A stretch of DNA of 60,000 nt from Lama guanicoe (Eukaryota): the NCBI GenBank assembly GCA_013239625.1, contig MU053431.1, positions 1,392,485 through 1,452,484 on the forward strand, in the 5' to 3' direction. Both the position numbers and the translations under genes were made by a program. Of the stretch, positions 55,247-60,000 are shown piece after piece. The notes beneath the pieces are model-generated. The model did not search any database. It saw only the letters and a list, made by a program, of their open reading frames with translations, and had not been told where the DNA came from. Within the stretch, counting starts at the first letter, position 1; each line of letters starts with the position of its first letter.

Positions 55247-58200
55247 GTGAGTGGAGAGAGATGCTGGTTCAGAGAGCGAGTCGTGAGCGCCAGGCCCTCC
55301 GTTTGGGGCCTGAGACTTAGCCTGCGGACGTGAGGAGTGCGCAGGGAAGCCGTGTGGACAAGAGGGGACGTGTTCCCAGGCACCGCGTTTTAGTAAAAGC
55401 TTGTGCCCTATCGCAGATTGGGGGAAAAAAACCTCAACTTTGGACCACAGGAGATAACGAGAGAACAATTGTGTTTTAATCTTTAAAAGAGTTGCCCTGG
55501 GATATAAATATTTTTATTTGGTTCCCAAGTGAGATGGTCAGCATTCTTACATTATTTATACTTAATGATCAAAAACTTGTTTTCCTGTCTTATAACTGTA
55601 TCTTGTTTTGCAAGTAGCTACTTTATTAGCGTATACCAAAGTACACCAAAAGAGTAAAGTACCCCCCAGACAGTAAATTGATCTGCTTTTACAGCAGTTC
55701 ATGCTGTCTCAAAGTTCAGTTCTGCTTTGCTTTTCACACACCACGTGAAGTGCTGGTGTGGAGCCTGGTGGAGAAGAGAGCGTGGCGGAGTGGGCGTTCT
55801 GCTTGCGTGTGGGTGGCAGGGCCAGCAGGGAAGGGAGAGGCTGGGTGGGTCCGTTGACTTTGGCTTAGGATAGCCCGCTCGCCCCTCCCACTCCCGTCAC
55901 CAGGGAGAAGCCGTGAACCAGCCTGCGGGGCAAGTGACCACAGGGATCCCCAAACTCTTACGTTCAAGACGGCCACCCATTGTCTGCCCCGCATCCTCCC
56001 TCGTCAGCATAGGAGCATCACTTTGCCTCTTCTGTTGAGGGGCTGCTCTTGGTGGGAGGGGACCTCAGGAGACTCTGAGCCCCTCCCTCCTTGGGGTCGG
56101 GCGCAGGTGCACCAGCTCTGAGATGCTGCTGCCACCAGGTGTCTAGTGACCTTCTTTCCACGTGCAGGCACACAGGCACGTCCGCACTTATTGCCAAAAT
56201 GGCTTGGTGCCCAGCACAACAGAAGGCTCTTTCCTGGTCCCTGTCCCTGTTCCCTGGACACTCTGCTGTCCCTGCTGGGACGCCTGTCTCGTGGATCCTG
56301 GTCCCCGAGCTCCGGGTCCTGTGTCATCTGTCAGGCATGCCTCTCCTGATCGAAGGGTCGGAGCAGGTCACTGGACTGGCAGCCGAAGATGCTGACTTAT
56401 TCTTGTCTGAAACCCCAGGAGGAGCAGGCACTGGGCTCCCCACTGTTTTCAGAGGCTGAGCTAGTAAGTCACCTCTCGTGACTTCACAGCTGACGTGCTC
56501 CTTGTGGGTGTGTTTTCCTGGGAAGCGTGTTTGTTTGACCTGCACACTCACCGGTAATCGTCTGCAGCTGAGTTCCCGCCGGGTGGGGTGCTTGTCTGGG
56601 AAGGCACCTTGTGGGGCGCCCACGTCTGAGACCGAGCTAGCCCGGCCGCAGCGTGTCCCTCTCTCCTAGGGGCCCTGGGGCAGTTCCCTTTCACCCGGGA
56701 GCCAGTGTAAGCCATACTCCTGAACATCTCTGAACTCCTTCCCGAGGTGGTCCCCGGGGGGACCTGAGCACCTGTCGTGCGGTGTGTCAGTGAGCTCCAC
56801 CCCTGCCTCTCCCACGGCAGGGCCCCCGTGTGTCCGAGATGGAGGTGAAAATAATTTGTCTCCTGAAATTGTCTCGGCGAAAATATTTCTCACCTCAGTC
56901 CTTTGGTTTCAAAACAAACAATAGACGAAAAACACTCAGTCTCCCAGTGCAGTGGGACACCGGTGTGAGGTGCAGAGCCCCTGGCTTCGTTGTCTGTGGA
57001 CTTGATCTTGCTCTGTGACTAGTACTGACACTTTGTGTCTAATACTGTGAGAAAGTGTGTAAATCCTGCAGTTATTAAATGAGTGGCTTCAGTAGGCAAT
57101 TATCCTCCAAGAACCAAGTTTTAAAGTACAGGAAAAATACGTCCAGATTAAGGGAGATAGAAGTTCAGACTGACCTGTCAGCAGTGGGTCTCCTAGTGAT
57201 CAGATCACAGATGGTGCCAAGTCTCTCCGTGGCTTGTCTGTGGTCTCTCTTTTTCTGTGGTAAGTACACGTTGTGTATCAAGACTTTTAGACTGTCCCGG
57301 AGCGTTGGCTTCGTCAGAGACAAGACTTCAACGCGCTTGTCGGGGAGGCGCTGCCTTGTGTCCTGGGCACACGCTGGGGTTGTGATGTAAATGAACTTTC
57401 TTCTTAACAACGTCCTGGGGGGTCGGCCCCAAGCCGGTGTGGGGGACGGGGACGCCAGTGCGGGGCGGCGTGCGGGGCCGGAGGACGGAGCTCCCTCAGG
57501 CCGGAGACGGCCCGGGCTCGCTTCGACAGGGTTAGCAGTTGTCGCTTTTTGGCTAGGTAGCAAGACCAGAGGTGGCAGCTGTTTCAGAAAGCGTTCATCA
57601 GTGAAGAGATTCATCTTTAAGGCCTCCTTTCAGAGTTATTGTGTGACAGATCTCAGTACGTGAGTTTTGTGAATCTTGTCAGTAGAGAATATGTGAAAGA
57701 AGGTATTCTTGCGTTTTCTCAGGGAAGTTTATTAGCGACAGGTTTGTTTACGCTTTGTGTCTGACGACAGTCACCCTCCTGGGCCTGGCCTTCCTCTCTG
57801 TGAAATGAGGGCCTCCTTGCGAAGCCGCCAGGAGCCCCACCCCGGCGGGCGCTTGGGAGCAGAACTTGAGTGTCCGGGCAATTGTACGGGCCGGGTGGGT
57901 GGAGGGGACACGGCTTCCTTTTCCCTGGAGCCGCCGGGTGCTTGGGGGGAGGCCCTCCTGGCGGACAAGGGGTGTGGGGGGTGTGGCTCATCTGGGACTG
58001 TGCTGGCCTGGAGGCCCCACGACTGTTAAACATGAGTCCCATCAGTTCATTTCTCTCAGTTTTCCATTTGCACCCAGAGCTCTCTCAGCTCAAACCAGCC
58101 GTTTACGCTCGGTTACCGTTCGTTGGTCTGCTTGGGTCTGGCCATGTTTGCGGGGGGCCGGGTGCTCGGTTAGAAGCTGCAGCAGTGGCTTGTGTTTTAG

Positions 58201-58613
58201 GACCTGATGCAGTGTGACCGCAGGCCCTGTGCTGAGGAGGAGGGCCTTGCAGCCAGGAGTTAGGTTTGGACCCTGCAGAGGTGGCCCGCCCCATGGCGTG
58301 CGGGTCACTGACCACAGCGGTGAAAAGCTGTGCTCTCCTGCCCGGGAGCTGAGCTGTGGGCCACCTGCCCCGGCAGGTGAGGCACCTGGAACACTTGGCG
58401 GCCGTGCAGACTGGGTGCCTCTCTTGGGAAGCTCCTTCCAGGGGTCCTGCCGTCTCGGCCTCCGCCTTCAGCTCCTGGGAGGCGGAGTTGATGACTGAGC
58501 GCGTCCGTAAAGACAGTGTGACGCCTGAGGGGTTGGCGGTGTGGTCGGGTTCTTAGAAGCAGGCTTTACACGTTCAAGTCCTGCAGGAGTCACCCTCTGC
58601 TTGTCTCGCACAG

Positions 58614-58758
58614 GCTTTGATTCTGATAACTCTTCCGGGGAATTTTCAGAGGCGAATCCGAGAGCTAGTGGAGTGGTTCACGTGGACACCAGCAAAAGCA
58701 ACGGGCTCGGGAAGGCCGGGGAGAGGCCTTCTCAGGAGAATGGGGTTCGGAAGCACAG
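58614..58758 (+). CDS. OSBPL2: OSBPL2 exon 3 (GFDSDNSSGEFSEAN...GERPSQENGVRKHR); gene continues beyond the window
   Basis: Acceptor CACAG| at 58613, donor CAG|GTACGT at 58758/58759; phase matches exon 2; 145 nt. Confidence 0.93.
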
Positions 58759-60000
58759 GTACGTCATCCCGCGAGCGTCTGCACTCGCCCCAAATGTGCT
58801 GTGGCGTCCACGCCGCCCTCATGGGCCCGGAGTCAGATAGCCGCCCGCCCGTCACCGGGCGGCCCCTGCACAGATCAGGGCCCAGTTCAGCCAGAGATTC
58901 TGGGACCCGCGGCCCCCGTGTGGCCCCTGGAGACCAGTGACAGCACTTCCTCACCTACGACCCCCGTAGATGCTGGCGGAGCCCTGGGCACTGAACGCTT
59001 GGGTGCCCGGCATCCACACGGGGCCTGGCACGCAGCCCACGGTCACCTGCTCCCAGACCCTCCTGCTGGCTCTGTGCACACCTACCTGTGTTCTCTTCCC
59101 ACGTGTGGCCTCGCACCCTGTGGGGGTCGGAGGGCTGTTTAGTGCAGCGAGACCACGTTCCGTTCTCTTCCTGCCAGATGCCATTTTCGTGCCACAGGCC
59201 TCACAGCAGGGCCCTCGGCCTTTGCCAGCAGAAGGGAGGACTCAGGCAGGACAGGCCGTCCGTCGGGCGGAGCCTCCGTCCACCCAGGCTGTTAGCGTTT
59301 CGGCTCCAGGGAGCCCAGCGTCCCCCCAGACCCCTGCCCTGCACTGAGATCCAGGGCCCGCTTGCTGTCTCCGCCTGGGGCCTCAGGTGCTCCCTCGTGC
59401 TCGGAGTTGTTGCAGCACCTTCTGCCTGCTTATGTGGCCCGGGCCTCCGCTGTCATCCTGCCCTGCGCCCCAGGAATCGGGCTCATGAGCCAGACCGGGT
59501 GCTGCCTCCTCCCCCACCCCCATCCCCGCTTGACATGCCGGCCTCTTCAGATGCATCCTGCTGCCTTTAGCGCTCAGTGACTCTGTCCCAGCCCAGTCCG
59601 TGCCACTGCCGTTCCTCCTGTGCCTCCTGTACCTGACTGCTCCCTGCCACTGTCCTCTGGCCTTCGTGCCGTGGGCAGAGTCACCGTCTCAGGACGAATC
59701 TGATCATGCCGCCTTTGCCCCTTGCTCAAAACTCAGCTGCGCAGCTCTGCCTCCTCTCAGAAGTCTGGGTTTGGGCAGTGAACTGTAAGGTTCTCCTGGG
59801 ATGAGGGGTGGCCCCTCCCCGTGGGCTCTGGTCCCACCTTCTGCTCTGCACCCTTTGCCCAAGTCCCCTCCTCCTTCTCCGTCTCTTTAGCTCCTGCCCA
59901 CCCCTGTGTGCACACAGTTCATCCTTAGGGCCCTTTCCCCTCCATGGAGCCACATCCACTCCTCATGGCCCCCTCGCGCTGTGGGGTCTGCCCTGCTGTG

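Overview
Mammalian, very GC-rich genomic DNA with three recognisable genes in the order MTG2 (+), HRH3 (-), OSBPL2 (+), as at human 20q13.33. Two tRNA-Ala-derived SINE copies suggest a camelid (inference). MTG2/GTPBP5 is complete: six coding exons at 3633-8326 giving 393 aa, with one GC-AG intron. The histamine H3 receptor gene HRH3 is complete: three coding exons at 24541-21088 giving 449 aa, with a near-perfect REST/RE1 site upstream. OSBPL2 is represented by its CpG-island promoter (interrupted by an N gap) and its first two coding exons; the gene continues past the window. The rest is intronic or intergenic DNA with old L1, MIR, MLT1 and MER elements. I found no new multi-gene system. The best leads are: apparent rewiring of the HRH3 isoform splice sites (loss of the ICL3 donor, a native Val at the A280-equivalent site, a frame-shifted terminal exon); a perfect 86-bp copy of MER3 sequence beside the MTG2 exon 2 acceptor; a 127-bp tandem duplication; and a palindromic repeat-spacer minisatellite in the MTG2 promoter. 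Human and rat comparisons are from memory and need checking by alignment.
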